Source: a virus (lineage: Duplodnaviria; Heunggongvirae; Uroviricota; Caudoviricetes). Taken from it: a stretch of DNA of 38,221 bases. Below the pieces are notes generated by a model. That model saw only the letters and a program-made list of their open reading frames with translations, was not told the origin of the DNA and did no database searches. Made by a program: the position numbers and the translations under genes. Location: the IMG/VR virus record IMGVR_UViG_2565956731_000004, positions 1 to 38,221 of that record. One strand, written 5' to 3'. This document shows positions 8,362 to 17,369 of the stretch, piece by piece (position 1 is the first letter of the stretch; each line of letters starts with the position of its first letter).

Positions 8362-9321
8362 ATGAAAATTTGTATCGACGACGGCTCCACCAACATCAAG
8401 CTGGCATGGACTGAGAACAGCGAACGCCGCAACGCCATCAGCCCGAACAGCTTCAAGTCGGAATGGTCTGCGCCGTTCGGTGGCTCGCAGCCTGCGAACT
8501 ACATGCTTGATGGCGTGCGCTATGGTTTTGATCCGGTCAGCGATCGCTTTGTCCAGACGACCGACACGCAATACCAGTACAGCGATGTGAATGTAATCGC
8601 CATTCACCACGCGCTGGTCAAATCAGGCATCACACCACAGGAGGTGGATGTGGTTGTCACCCTGCCACTGAGCGAGTATTTCGACACAAACGCACAGCCG
8701 GACATGGCCAACATCAACCGCAAAAAAGCAAACGTCATGCGCCCGGTGGAGTACCAGAACGGCGAAGCATTCACTATCCGTAACGTGCGGGTTATGCCTG
8801 AATCCATTCCGGCTGGCTTTAAGGCACTGGCTGACATGAGTCCGTTTGAATCCCTGCTGATTGTGGATTTAGGCGGAACCACGCTGGATGTGGCAAAGGT
8901 CCAGGGACAACTGGCAGGTATCAGCCAGGTGTTTTGCGATCCACACGTAGGCGTTTCCCTGATGGCCGATGCCGTACTGTCGGTGATGGCCACTAACGGT
9001 ATGCGTACCAGTCACCATATCGCCAATACCATTATCGAACATCGCCACGATGAAGCCTGGCTGCGCCAGCACATCCACAATGACGCGCATTACGACAGCC
9101 TGATGGCGGTTATTCGTGAAAAGGAAGAAACACTGAAACAACGAGTGATCCGCGCGCTGGCGGGTTTTTCGGGTTACGGGCGGGTGATGGTTGTCGGTGG
9201 CGGGGCGGAGATTGTGGCACCCGCTATCCGCGAAGCCTGCGGAGTTAATGCGACTTTCATCGCGGACGGGGTGCCACAGTTTGCTCTGGTTAATGGGCTG
9301 TACGCAATGGACAAGGAGTAA
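8362..9321 (+). CDS. actin-like ATPase, ParM/StbA family
   Basis: 319 aa; N-terminus MKICIDDGSTNIKLAW...ISPNSFK...YQYSDVNVIAIHHAL closely parallels the recalled plasmid R1 ParM N-terminus (MLVFIDDGSTNIKLQW...SPNSFK...WQYSDVNVVAVHHAL); glycine-rich VDLGGTT and VVGGGA motifs. Confidence 0.8.
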   Translation: MKICIDDGSTNIKLAWTENSERRNAISPNSFKSEWSAPFGGSQPANYMLDGVRYGFDPVSDRFVQTTDTQYQYSDVNVIAIHHALVKSGITPQEVDVVVTLPLSEYFDTNAQPDMANINRKKANVMRPVEYQNGEAFTIRNVRVMPESIPAGFKALADMSPFESLLIVDLGGTTLDVAKVQGQLAGISQVFCDPHVGVSLMADAVLSVMATNGMRTSHHIANTIIEHRHDEAWLRQHIHNDAHYDSLMAVIREKEETLKQRVIRALAGFSGYGRVMVVGGGAEIVAPAIREACGVNATFIADGVPQFALVNGLYAMDKE

Positions 9322-9325
9322 ACCA

Positions 9326-9637
9326 ATGACGACACCAACCAGACGGATAAGTTTCTATCTGAAGCCCGCCGCCGTCAAGAACGAAGGCGAAGCATGCGCC
9401 TGGCTGGACAGCCTTACACCAGAAGCCCGCAAAAGCGGCCAACGTGTGGCTTTTCTGGCCGGGCTGGCACTTCTGAAAATGAATCCGGCAGAGGCTTACC
9501 GACTGGCTGCATGGGCTGACGATGAGGCGTTATCAGTGACACAAACCAGGACAGAACGCCCCGCGTCACAGCCAGTACCAACCTCACAGATAACCAGTCG
9601 GATGGCCGGAAATATCAGGGCGTTATTTCCCGAATAA
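9326..9637 (+). CDS. ParR-like small DNA-binding adaptor
   Basis: 103 aa from the ATG 4 nt after the parM-like stop (AAGGAG RBS); RRISFYLKP...LDSLTPEARKSGQRVAFLAGLALL...IRALFPE resembles the recalled R1 ParR pattern (RRTIAFKLNP...LDSIP...AALTAGLAL...LRSLFPKE). Confidence 0.6.
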   Translation: MTTPTRRISFYLKPAAVKNEGEACAWLDSLTPEARKSGQRVAFLAGLALLKMNPAEAYRLAAWADDEALSVTQTRTERPASQPVPTSQITSRMAGNIRALFPE

Positions 9638-9642
9638 CACAA

Positions 9643-9666
9643 CATCAGGGCGCATCCGCCCTGATG
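9643..9666 (+). other. perfect 10-bp-stem hairpin between the parR-like gene and the next cassette
   Basis: catcagggcg-catc-cgccctgatg; a third copy of ATCAGGGCG at 9614..9622 inside the parR-like 3' end; no T-run follows, so not a canonical terminator. Confidence 0.5.
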
Positions 9667-9700
9667 ACTTTAATCCGGGAACATAAACAAGGGGGACACA

Positions 9701-10033
9701 ATGCAACACATTGACAGAGAAAAAGCGCAGCGACTGATTGAGCGGATGGAAGCGCTGGCGAAAGAAGAAAATGTCAACATCCAAAAAATAGCTGAATGTG
9801 GCCAGATAGTTCTTCGTCGTGAAAAAGACCTCAAACAACTGATGTCTGGCGAAACCAGCAAAACATGGACTTCAGGCGAGGAGACGATTTATTGCAGCTT
9901 CTGCAATAAATCTCAGTACGAAGTCACAAAGGTGATTGCCGGACCGTCTGTTTGCATCTGCAATGAGTGCGTGGATTTGTGCAATGAAATTATCAGGAGA
10001 GAAGTGACAGACAAAAAGGGAAAAAACGCATGA
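9701..10033 (+). CDS. protein with C-terminal ClpX-type C4 zinc-binding domain
   Basis: 110 aa; C-terminal [34 protein letters not shown] is near-identical in pattern to the E. coli ClpX N-terminal domain ([34 protein letters not shown]); about 60 aa of unrelated N-terminal sequence; AAGGGGGA RBS. Confidence 0.7.
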   Translation: MQHIDREKAQRLIERMEALAKEENVNIQKIAECGQIVLRREKDLKQLMSGETSKTWTSGEETIYCSFCNKSQYEVTKVIAGPSVCICNECVDLCNEIIRREVTDKKGKNA

Positions 10034-10368
10034 ACAGAAAACAAAAACAAGAGTTGAAATACTTTTTACGTAAAGAAATTGCCAGGCTTGAAGATGCAGA
10101 ATCACAATCATCAGAAATTCCGTTCGGAATGGATATCAACGACGCCCGTATGCTCCAGGCATACCGCATAGCTCAGGCTGCACTACAGGCAAAACCGTCA
10201 GATGGACTGGTTAGAGCAGTACGATTCTATGAACTGGTAAAGCGTGAGAATCCGCCAGCCGAAACCGGAGCATGGAAAGACGCTGTTGACTGGGTACTCA
10301 AAGAGGCTTGTCAGGTTGTAAACACTGGCATCAAAGGAGACCTAGCCCAGCCTGCATCAAAGCTATAG
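10030..10368 (+). CDS. hypothetical protein translationally coupled to the ClpX-zinc-finger-domain protein
   Basis: 112 aa; ATGA overlap with upstream gene; followed by an intrinsic terminator. Confidence 0.55.
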   Translation: MNRKQKQELKYFLRKEIARLEDAESQSSEIPFGMDINDARMLQAYRIAQAALQAKPSDGLVRAVRFYELVKRENPPAETGAWKDAVDWVLKEACQVVNTGIKGDLAQPASKL

Positions 10369-10379
10369 AAATGAGCCAA

Positions 10380-10406
10380 AACGCCCTCTTCCAGGGCGTT
10401 TATTTC
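10380..10406 (+). terminator. intrinsic terminator closing the cargo operon
   Basis: AACGCCCT-cttcc-AGGGCGTT followed by a T-rich tract, 12 nt after the stop. Confidence 0.7.
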
Positions 10407-10408
10407 AA

Positions 10409-10435
10409 TGCACAATAGTGCACAAATTTGCACAA
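10409..10435. repeat. three TGCACAA repeats with exact 10-bp phasing
   Basis: TGCACAA at 10409, 10419 and 10429; a fourth copy at 10501..10507. Confidence 0.6.
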
Positions 10436-10478
10436 TTTTTTTGAACGACTTTTTGCCCTTCCGGCCCGCGTGGCGGCT

Positions 10479-10522
10479 GGATCCGTCAAGGATCCGTGCG
10501 TGCACAAAAAAACGCGTTTTTT
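10479..10522. repeat. tandem 11-bp repeat GGATCCGT plus palindrome A7-CGCG-T6
   Basis: ggatccgtcaa / ggatccgtgcg at 10479..10500; aaaaaaacgcgtttttt at 10506..10522. Confidence 0.55.
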
Positions 10523-10810
10523 CTGCGCGCAGGTGACGGGGGAACAGCCCGCGTTTCAGGGGGTAAATAGCGTTCCCTTAACGATGTCGCAGCGACACGA
10601 CAGAATGGCCGTATCTCTCACGCTGAGCGTGAAAAAGACGTGAGGGATTCTGATTTGATGGAGTGAAAGGTAAGGCCGTCAAAATCGCACTGAGGCGGCG
10701 AAGAACATGCAGTCAACGCGGTGGGATTGCGTAAGAGCCTGACCGTCGATGATGGCAAAAAGCTGGAAGGCGTCGTGAAATTATCTGACTGATACAGGAG
10801 CTGGAGAGTC

Positions 10811-10852
10811 GGGGCATAAATTTTTTATGCCCCGGCGAGGCAGCAGACAAGC
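10811..10852. other. candidate cos region (hairpin plus GGCGAGGC-type cohesive-end sequence)
   Basis: Palindrome GGGGCATAAA-TTTTTTATGCCCC (10811..10833) followed by GGCGAGGCAGCAGACAAGC (10834..10852); from memory the P2 cohesive end begins GGCGAGGCGGGG; located just outside the 3' end of Q, where P2 cos lies. Confidence 0.35.
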
Positions 10853-10860
10853 GAAGCGCG

Positions 10861-11907
10861 TCAGGATGTGGGCTGGGTGTCTAACAGTGCGTAAGGGTTA
10901 AAGCGGATCACCTCTTCGCCAAGCCAGTCATTGATGTGCTTCATGGCCTCCATAACGGGCATCAGCTCGTTAATTGCGTAAACCCGCGCTGCCTTCTCCA
11001 CATCACCAAACGCACTTTTTTCGCCCGGCATCGCCCCCATCAGTTGCGGCGGAACGCGGTGCGCAGCCAGCACATCATCACGGGATGCCGCCTTAACATT
11101 CATGAACTCATCCTTTGCGGTGATCTGCTGGAACGGCAAAATTTGCACCCCCTCTTTGCCCCCGTTGGGCGCATGAATGAGCACGTTTTTAAACGCACCA
11201 CCACCACGTGCACCCTGTAGCGTTTCTTTCAGGGAGTCCATGCTTTCGCGGTTTACCTGCGCTGCACCGATGTAGATGATGCACCCGGCGTGGGATCCGT
11301 TGTCGTAATACAGTTTTCTGAACATGTCCGCCGAATGAGACAGGCTGGCCGAGAGTAATGCGCCAAGATATTCCGGCATGCCGTAGATTTCCTGGTTAAT
11401 GTCAGGATTCATCAGGTGGCACACTTTGCCAGGGCGAAACTGAAACGCATCCTTGCCATCCTGCACATACCACCATGATTCAAGATCGCTTCCGCGTCGC
11501 ATGTATTTCGCCAGGGCGTGCCGTAATTTAAGCGGTTCGCCGAGCATATTGCTTCGAAGCTCAAGGAATGCGTTACCGAACACAAACCAGTCCAGCGCCA
11601 GCGCCGAAAAATCCTGCCGGGAAAGCAGCGGGTGCGGAATATAGCAACCGAGCAATACATTGCGCTTAAAGTAAAGCGCAGACTGATGCCAGGACGTTTG
11701 CCGGGCGGCTCTTGCCAGACCGTACCAGTCCACCGGGGTTTCATACCACCGCCCGTTATCAGCACAGTACATATTGTCCAGCAGGTCATGCCCGGTCAGG
11801 CGATAAGGACCATCAAATGTGAATGCACTGAGCGACGATTCTTTCCTGAGCGCATCAGCGAGATCAATGCGTGAACTCATGCGCACTTTTTTATTTTTTC
11901 TGCTCAT
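10861..11907 (-). CDS. Q: portal protein (P2 gpQ-like)
   Basis: 348 aa; size, position and leftward orientation paired with the large terminase as in P2. Confidence 0.85.
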   Translation of the reverse strand: MSRKNKKVRMSSRIDLADALRKESSLSAFTFDGPYRLTGHDLLDNMYCADNGRWYETPVDWYGLARAARQTSWHQSALYFKRNVLLGCYIPHPLLSRQDFSALALDWFVFGNAFLELRSNMLGEPLKLRHALAKYMRRGSDLESWWYVQDGKDAFQFRPGKVCHLMNPDINQEIYGMPEYLGALLSASLSHSADMFRKLYYDNGSHAGCIIYIGAAQVNRESMDSLKETLQGARGGGAFKNVLIHAPNGGKEGVQILPFQQITAKDEFMNVKAASRDDVLAAHRVPPQLMGAMPGEKSAFGDVEKAARVYAINELMPVMEAMKHINDWLGEEVIRFNPYALLDTQPTS

Positions 11908-13658
11908 CAGAACTCCATAACCGTGAAACGCTCGTTTTCACCTTCGCCGCCAATTGGTTCGTTAATGACAGCAAGCATGGTTGCCCACGCAAGGTCGCCG
12001 TGGCTGATCCCCCTCGCGCGGTCCGTTTCGTAAGTGATAAAGCCGCCCGGTGTTTTCACCTTACGCACGGCGTTAAAGGCTGCGACCAGCTCGCGTTCGG
12101 CGCGATCGTATTCCCACCGCCCGGCGCGCATTATTTGCAGCATTTTCAGTACCAGCGACCGTTTTGATGACAGTGTGAAGGTGTACGGAATAGCAGCAGG
12201 AAAAAACCTTTTCACTATCTGATAAACAGCCTCCCCGTTCCCGCCTGTCACATCAATGCCGATGTGTTCCACGTTGTAGCGACACGTGAACTCTTCAATG
12301 ACTCTGGCCTGTTCTTCAAACTCCAGCCCCTGAACGCGTCGCGTCTCCACCGTTCTAAAACGGCCACCAGGAACAGCCGGAGGAACCACCACGGACACAG
12401 CGCCGCTGTCGCCGTTGCCACTGCTGCCGTTTGCGTCATACCCAATCCATACCGGACGATTCCCCATCGGGCGGGGAGCAAAAGGTTTCCAGTCTTTCCA
12501 GTCGTCGTATCCGTCAACACCGCAGCCAATCAGGATATTCAGGTTAAATGCCGATTCCCCTTCGCGGACAAACTCACACATATAGAGATTGAGGAACTCG
12601 TCTTCGGTGTTTTCATCACGAATTTCGTCGATATCGGTGTGTTTCCAGCCGTGATTAACCACATCTTCCAGCGTGACAATTTGCCGCCACGTCCGGTCAG
12701 GGCAGATAAGCCCGTTATGCAGCGTTTTCCAGTCCACAGAAAAACGCTGGCGTTTATGCGAGGCCTTTTTCTCGTTCCAGCGGTCGCCGTTCCAGTAGGC
12801 GTATGCCTCGTGCGTTTCGGTGGATGGCGTGGAGAAGTAGGTGCGCCGCAGTCCGCTGAGGGTTGCCATAGCGCCAGCCACCTTGCGCAGTTCAGCAAAG
12901 CGACTGACCCAGAAAAATTCATCAAAATAAAAATTGCCCGTATAGGACTGTGCCGACGCAGCAGAAGTGCCGAGAAAATGCAGCTCTGCGCCGTTGGAGA
13001 GGATGATTTTATCGCCCCCTTTCAGCTCCACATCAACTTCAGCCGCGGCCTTCTGAATAATGCTTTTAAACTGGAACGCCTGACGACGCGACGCAGACAA
13101 AAAAATCTGGTTACGCTGGTAAGGTTGCGCCACATCGTCACGCAGCGCCATCAGCAGTGCTTCCTGTGCAAAATACCAGGTCGCCCCAATCTGTCGTGAT
13201 TTCAGGATCATCCTGTTACGTATCCCGGCTTCCCTGCAAAGGGTCAGGGAGTCAAACCAGCCCCGCTGATGCCACTCCAGCCTGCTGATGATTTTTTCCC
13301 GCAGTGCGGCAATCTGTTCCGGCGTGAAATGATTTTTGAGTTTTTTCGCCCGGCCTTTCTTTCCTGCGGCCATCACATCCGGCTGGCCATCATGCAGCTT
13401 TTTAAGCTGCCGGGTCAGCAGGTCTATTTCCTTAAAGTCACCGCCTGTTTTATTCTGTTTTTCAGTAAGCTGGATGAGGCGCGCATCAATGGACTGCGTG
13501 ACACGCTGCACGGGTGGCGTTTCATCCCACTGGTCGCGTTTTTTCCACGCATAAATCGTGTTCGGGTTTATTCCCATCAGACGTGATATTTCTGCGGGCG
13601 GATAACCCTGCCAGTAAAGTTGCCGCGCACGCTGGCGCACAAAAGCGTCCTGAATCAT
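11907..13658 (-). CDS. P: terminase large (ATPase) subunit (P2 gpP-like)
   Basis: 583 aa; position upstream of Q and divergent from O as in P2; N-terminal HTH-like segment. Confidence 0.9.
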   Translation of the reverse strand: MIQDAFVRQRARQLYWQGYPPAEISRLMGINPNTIYAWKKRDQWDETPPVQRVTQSIDARLIQLTEKQNKTGGDFKEIDLLTRQLKKLHDGQPDVMAAGKKGRAKKLKNHFTPEQIAALREKIISRLEWHQRGWFDSLTLCREAGIRNRMILKSRQIGATWYFAQEALLMALRDDVAQPYQRNQIFLSASRRQAFQFKSIIQKAAAEVDVELKGGDKIILSNGAELHFLGTSAASAQSYTGNFYFDEFFWVSRFAELRKVAGAMATLSGLRRTYFSTPSTETHEAYAYWNGDRWNEKKASHKRQRFSVDWKTLHNGLICPDRTWRQIVTLEDVVNHGWKHTDIDEIRDENTEDEFLNLYMCEFVREGESAFNLNILIGCGVDGYDDWKDWKPFAPRPMGNRPVWIGYDANGSSGNGDSGAVSVVVPPAVPGGRFRTVETRRVQGLEFEEQARVIEEFTCRYNVEHIGIDVTGGNGEAVYQIVKRFFPAAIPYTFTLSSKRSLVLKMLQIMRAGRWEYDRAERELVAAFNAVRKVKTPGGFITYETDRARGISHGDLAWATMLAVINEPIGGEGENERFTVMEF

Positions 13659-13812
13659 TGCTCCCCCTGAGTAATTACAGGAAGATTACCCGCGCGCGAA
13701 ACCGTTCTCCTTAACCCCCTGTTCTGGCCGTTTTCTTACAACAAAAGCCCTTTGTATCAGCCTGTTACGCTTTGCCATCATGACTGAAGAACCAGTCAGA
13801 GGGGCAAAAACC

Positions 13813-14649
13813 ATGGCTAATGAAAAAAAGACATCCCGCAAAAAGTTTCGCGTGGCTGTCTCCGGATCAACTGTTGATGGCCGCGAAATCAGTCCGGTAC
13901 ATCTGCGTGAAGCCGCCGAGAACTTCAACCCGGATGTTTACGCTGCCCGCGTGAACGTTGAGCACTATCTCTCGCCATGCCCGTCAAGCGAATTTTCCGC
14001 AATGGGCGATGTCACCGCGCTGAGTACGGAAGATATTACGGAAGGCCCGCTGGCCGGACGTACTGCGCTGTATGCAGAAATCGAACCGACCGAGCGCATG
14101 AAGCAGCTTGTCGCTGACGGCAAGAAAATCTATTCCAGTATCGAACTGCACCCGCAGTTCTCCGTTAACGGGCGCGCCTATCTGGTCGGGCTGGCGATGA
14201 CCGACACCCCGGCAAGCCTGGGCACTGAGCGCCTGAAATTCACGGCACAGCAACGTCAGGCGGTGATGACGTTCAACAGTGTCCAGGGTGAAGCACCGCT
14301 TATCTCCGAAGCCATCGAGTCTGAAATCATCGAAATGGCAGAACAACGCCAGGAAGAAGGCACCCAGTGGTTTAACCGCGTAATGGGGATTATTGGCCGT
14401 GGCCGCAAAGCGGATGACGCCAGTTTCTCCCGCATTCAGGAAGCGGTGGAAGGCGTCGCAACGTCACAGGCCGACATTATCGACCGTTTTAATGCACTGG
14501 AAACCCGCCATCAGCAGGACAGCCAGAAAATCACTTCACTGACCACAGAGCTGGCAGCACTGAAGGAAAAACTGCGCACGCAGGACGGCGATCCGCAGAA
14601 CCGGTTCACCGCAACGGGCGCAGCCTCCGACCAGCTGGCTGACTTCTGA
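13813..14649 (+). CDS. O: capsid scaffolding protein (P2 gpO-like)
   Basis: Start taken at the internal ATG (MANEKKTSRKKFRVAVSG...) with AGAGGGG RBS; divergent from P across a 120-bp gap. Confidence 0.85.
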   Translation: MANEKKTSRKKFRVAVSGSTVDGREISPVHLREAAENFNPDVYAARVNVEHYLSPCPSSEFSAMGDVTALSTEDITEGPLAGRTALYAEIEPTERMKQLVADGKKIYSSIELHPQFSVNGRAYLVGLAMTDTPASLGTERLKFTAQQRQAVMTFNSVQGEAPLISEAIESEIIEMAEQRQEEGTQWFNRVMGIIGRGRKADDASFSRIQEAVEGVATSQADIIDRFNALETRHQQDSQKITSLTTELAALKEKLRTQDGDPQNRFTATGAASDQLADF

Positions 14650-14672
14650 TAAGACAAAGGAGCAAATTTTTT

Positions 14673-15725
14673 ATGAATCTGGTGATGTCAGATATTACCC
14701 GCAACAAGCTGGGTTGCTATATGGCGCAGCAGGCGTCGCTTAACAATATCCCGGTTTCCGCACTGGTATCGCGATTTACCGTGGAACCCTCGGTACAGCA
14801 GCGTTTTGAAAACGCCTCAAAGGAAAGCACCGAATTTACAAAAAGAATTAACGTGATCGGCGTGACCGACCAGAAAGGCGAAAAAATCCTCCTGGATACC
14901 ACCGGGCCGATTGCGCGCACGAATACCAGTTATGACGGCACAAAACGCCGTAACCCGAATAACGTGGTTGATCTGAAAAACCGCAAATACCAGTGCGAAC
15001 AGGTGAACTACGACACGTTTATTTCGTATCCGCAGCTTGATGCCTGGTCGGCACACCCTGATTTTCAGTCCCGCATCAGCGCACAGATTGCCCGACAGGT
15101 GGCGCTTGACCGCATCATGATCGGTTTCAACGGCACGTCTCACGCGGATGAGTCCAACTTCAGCACCAACAAGCTGCTTCAGGACGTTAACGTGGGATGG
15201 CTGGAGCACATCAGAACCGACGCCAGCGAACGCGTTATGAATGACGTGACACTGACCTCCCGCAACATGGACAACACCGTAGCGCACGCGGGTAAGTATG
15301 CGAACGCTGATGCACTGGTACAGGACGCGCGTTCATCCCTGCTGGATGAATGGCACAAGGAAGCTGACGACCTTGTGGTGATTATGGGGCGCAACCTGTT
15401 TAACTCGCTGCGTCTGCCCGTGCTGAACAGCATCAGCGGCCAGAATCCCAATGCGGAATTACTCGCCGGGCAGCTCATCCTGTCATCGCGCACCATTGGC
15501 GGGCTGGGCGTGTTCCTTGCGCCGTTCTTCCCGGATGCAACGATGCTGATCACCTCGTTCAACAACCTGTCGATTTACTGGCAGAAAGGTTCAATGCGTC
15601 GCCTGATGAAAGACGAGCCGGAATACAACCGCATCGCCACCTACCAGTCCATCAATGACGCTTATGTCGTTGAAGACTATGGCAAGTGCGCGATGGTCAC
15701 TGGCCTGAAGTTCGCCGACAGCTAA
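14673..15725 (+). CDS. N: major capsid protein (P2 gpN-like)
   Basis: 350 aa; AAGGAG RBS; position between O and M; recognisable similarity to recalled P2 N (FTVEPSV..., ...YVVEDYG...). Confidence 0.9.
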   Translation: MNLVMSDITRNKLGCYMAQQASLNNIPVSALVSRFTVEPSVQQRFENASKESTEFTKRINVIGVTDQKGEKILLDTTGPIARTNTSYDGTKRRNPNNVVDLKNRKYQCEQVNYDTFISYPQLDAWSAHPDFQSRISAQIARQVALDRIMIGFNGTSHADESNFSTNKLLQDVNVGWLEHIRTDASERVMNDVTLTSRNMDNTVAHAGKYANADALVQDARSSLLDEWHKEADDLVVIMGRNLFNSLRLPVLNSISGQNPNAELLAGQLILSSRTIGGLGVFLAPFFPDATMLITSFNNLSIYWQKGSMRRLMKDEPEYNRIATYQSINDAYVVEDYGKCAMVTGLKFADS

Positions 15726-15770
15726 TCAACTCACGGCGGGCATCATGCCCGCCTGTAACGGAGAGAAAAA

Positions 15771-16571
15771 ATGATTACTCCTGCACAACAACACTGGCAG
15801 AACGTGATGGCACAGCGCGCAGGCCGGGCGAATGAAGGCGTGGACCACGCCGCGCGTACCGCGCATGAAGAGGTGCTGTATCGTCTGCGTCTGGCACAGG
15901 CCCGGCTTAAGGGCGTACAGGCCAGAAGCGCGAAAGCCGCCATCAAAAAAGAGTTGTTGCCGGATTTTTCCGGCTGGATTGAGGGAACGCTGGAGGCTGA
16001 CGGCGGGCAGCAGGATGAAGTGATTGCCACACTGATGGTGTGGGCGATTGACTGCGGCGATCTTCCGCTGGCGTTGCGTATTGGTGCGTATGTGGTCCGT
16101 CATAACCTCATTATGCCGGATAACTTTGGCCGTACTGCTGCCACAGTGCTGACCGAAGAAATCTGCAACCCGGTACTGACGCAGGCCGGGACGGATGCCG
16201 ACGCGGATCTGTCCGCCTTTATCAAACCACTGGATACCCTCCGGGAGATTGTCACAGACCAGGACATGCCGGACGAAGTGCGCGCCAAATTATGCAAGGC
16301 GTGCGCCTTTGCCCGCCGTGGCCTGACCGATGCGGACAGCATGGCCTCATCACTGAAGCTGCTGCGCGAAGCGATGCACCTGAACCCGAACGCAGGTGTG
16401 AAACGCGAGATTGCAACCCTTTCCCGCGCCCTGAAAAAAGCCGATTCCGCAGCCGCACCAGAAGATGCCAGCACACCGCAGGCGCAGGACGAAAGCAGCA
16501 AAAGTAAAAAGACAACGCGGAAGCCTGCAACACGAAAAACCACCGCGACGCAGAAGGCGAAGCGCGGTTAA
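15771..16571 (+). CDS. M: terminase small / endonuclease subunit (P2 gpM-like)
   Basis: 266 aa; basic K/R/T-rich C-terminal tail; conserved DMPDEVRAKL segment as in P2 M. Confidence 0.85.
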   Translation: MITPAQQHWQNVMAQRAGRANEGVDHAARTAHEEVLYRLRLAQARLKGVQARSAKAAIKKELLPDFSGWIEGTLEADGGQQDEVIATLMVWAIDCGDLPLALRIGAYVVRHNLIMPDNFGRTAATVLTEEICNPVLTQAGTDADADLSAFIKPLDTLREIVTDQDMPDEVRAKLCKACAFARRGLTDADSMASSLKLLREAMHLNPNAGVKREIATLSRALKKADSAAAPEDASTPQAQDESSKSKKTTRKPATRKTTATQKAKRG

Positions 16572-16672
16572 CGACTGACCCCGTCAGCGGGCGGCGTGCG
16601 CGGTGTTCCGGTTTGACTCCGTGACCGTTTACACCGCGCACCCACCGCCCGATTTTTTTCAGGAGTGAACCC

Positions 16673-17167
16673 ATGAGTATGGTTGCCAGAACCAACCCCG
16701 GACCCGCAGAGGACGACATCACCGATACCGATGATGGTGATACCCGTATCTCAGCGGGCGCATTCTGGCCGGATATTGTGCTGCGTGAGCTGCGTCTGGC
16801 GATACGACTGCCGGGCCGTGTGACCACCTCCCGCCTGCTGCATACCGCCACCGGGGCCGTGGCACACGTTACCCGCGAGCTGGAAGCGTGGCAGCAGGAA
16901 CAGCAGGCGGCTGGCCATCAGACGCTGGCCGATGTTCCGGCACCCGTAATTAACGGAGAAAGCGTCAATCTCTGGCACTGGCGCAATGCTGTCTATACCG
17001 CCACGCGCGCCCTGATTCTGGAGCGTTATCGTGATGCAGACACAACGGACAAGGGCGACCGCCGGGCGGACGCACTGGATATACAGACATCGGATTTGTG
17101 GCGTGATGTGAGCTGGGCCATCTCTGACATTCTGTGCCGCCCGCGAATCTTTGCGGAGTTGTGCTGA
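16673..17167 (+). CDS. L: head completion / stabilisation protein (P2 gpL-like)
   Basis: 164 aa; position after M. Confidence 0.8.
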   Translation: MSMVARTNPGPAEDDITDTDDGDTRISAGAFWPDIVLRELRLAIRLPGRVTTSRLLHTATGAVAHVTRELEAWQQEQQAAGHQTLADVPAPVINGESVNLWHWRNAVYTATRALILERYRDADTTDKGDRRADALDIQTSDLWRDVSWAISDILCRPRIFAELC

Positions 17168-17367
17168 TGAAAGTGAAGGCACTGGAAGGCGACACCGTGG
17201 ATTCGCTCTGTTTCCGGTACTACGGCACGACGCAGGGCGTCACCGAAAAGGTGCTGGATGCTAACCCCGGACTCTGTCAGCAGGTATTTCTGGACGCCGG
17301 GCAGGAAGTGGAGATGCCGGAGCCGGAGAAGAAGAAACGAGAAATGATTCAGTTGTGGGGGGAGTAG
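17167..17367 (+). CDS. X: tail protein X (P2 gpX-like)
   Basis: 66 aa from the ATG overlapping the L stop (ATGA); size and position as P2 X. Confidence 0.7.
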   Translation: MKVKALEGDTVDSLCFRYYGTTQGVTEKVLDANPGLCQQVFLDAGQEVEMPEPEKKKREMIQLWGE

Positions 17368-17369
17368 CA

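Noticed and set aside
10428-10643. 71-aa plus-strand ORF in the cos-proximal region
   Set aside because: TTG start without RBS, inside a region dominated by repeats and palindromes; more likely non-coding cos or regulatory DNA.
12264-13199. 311-aa plus-strand ORF
   Set aside because: Lies entirely antisense to the terminase large subunit gene P, which has clear family signatures; judged spurious.
16252-16851. 199-aa minus-strand ORF
   Set aside because: Antisense across the M/L gene junction; no RBS; overlaps two strongly supported genes.
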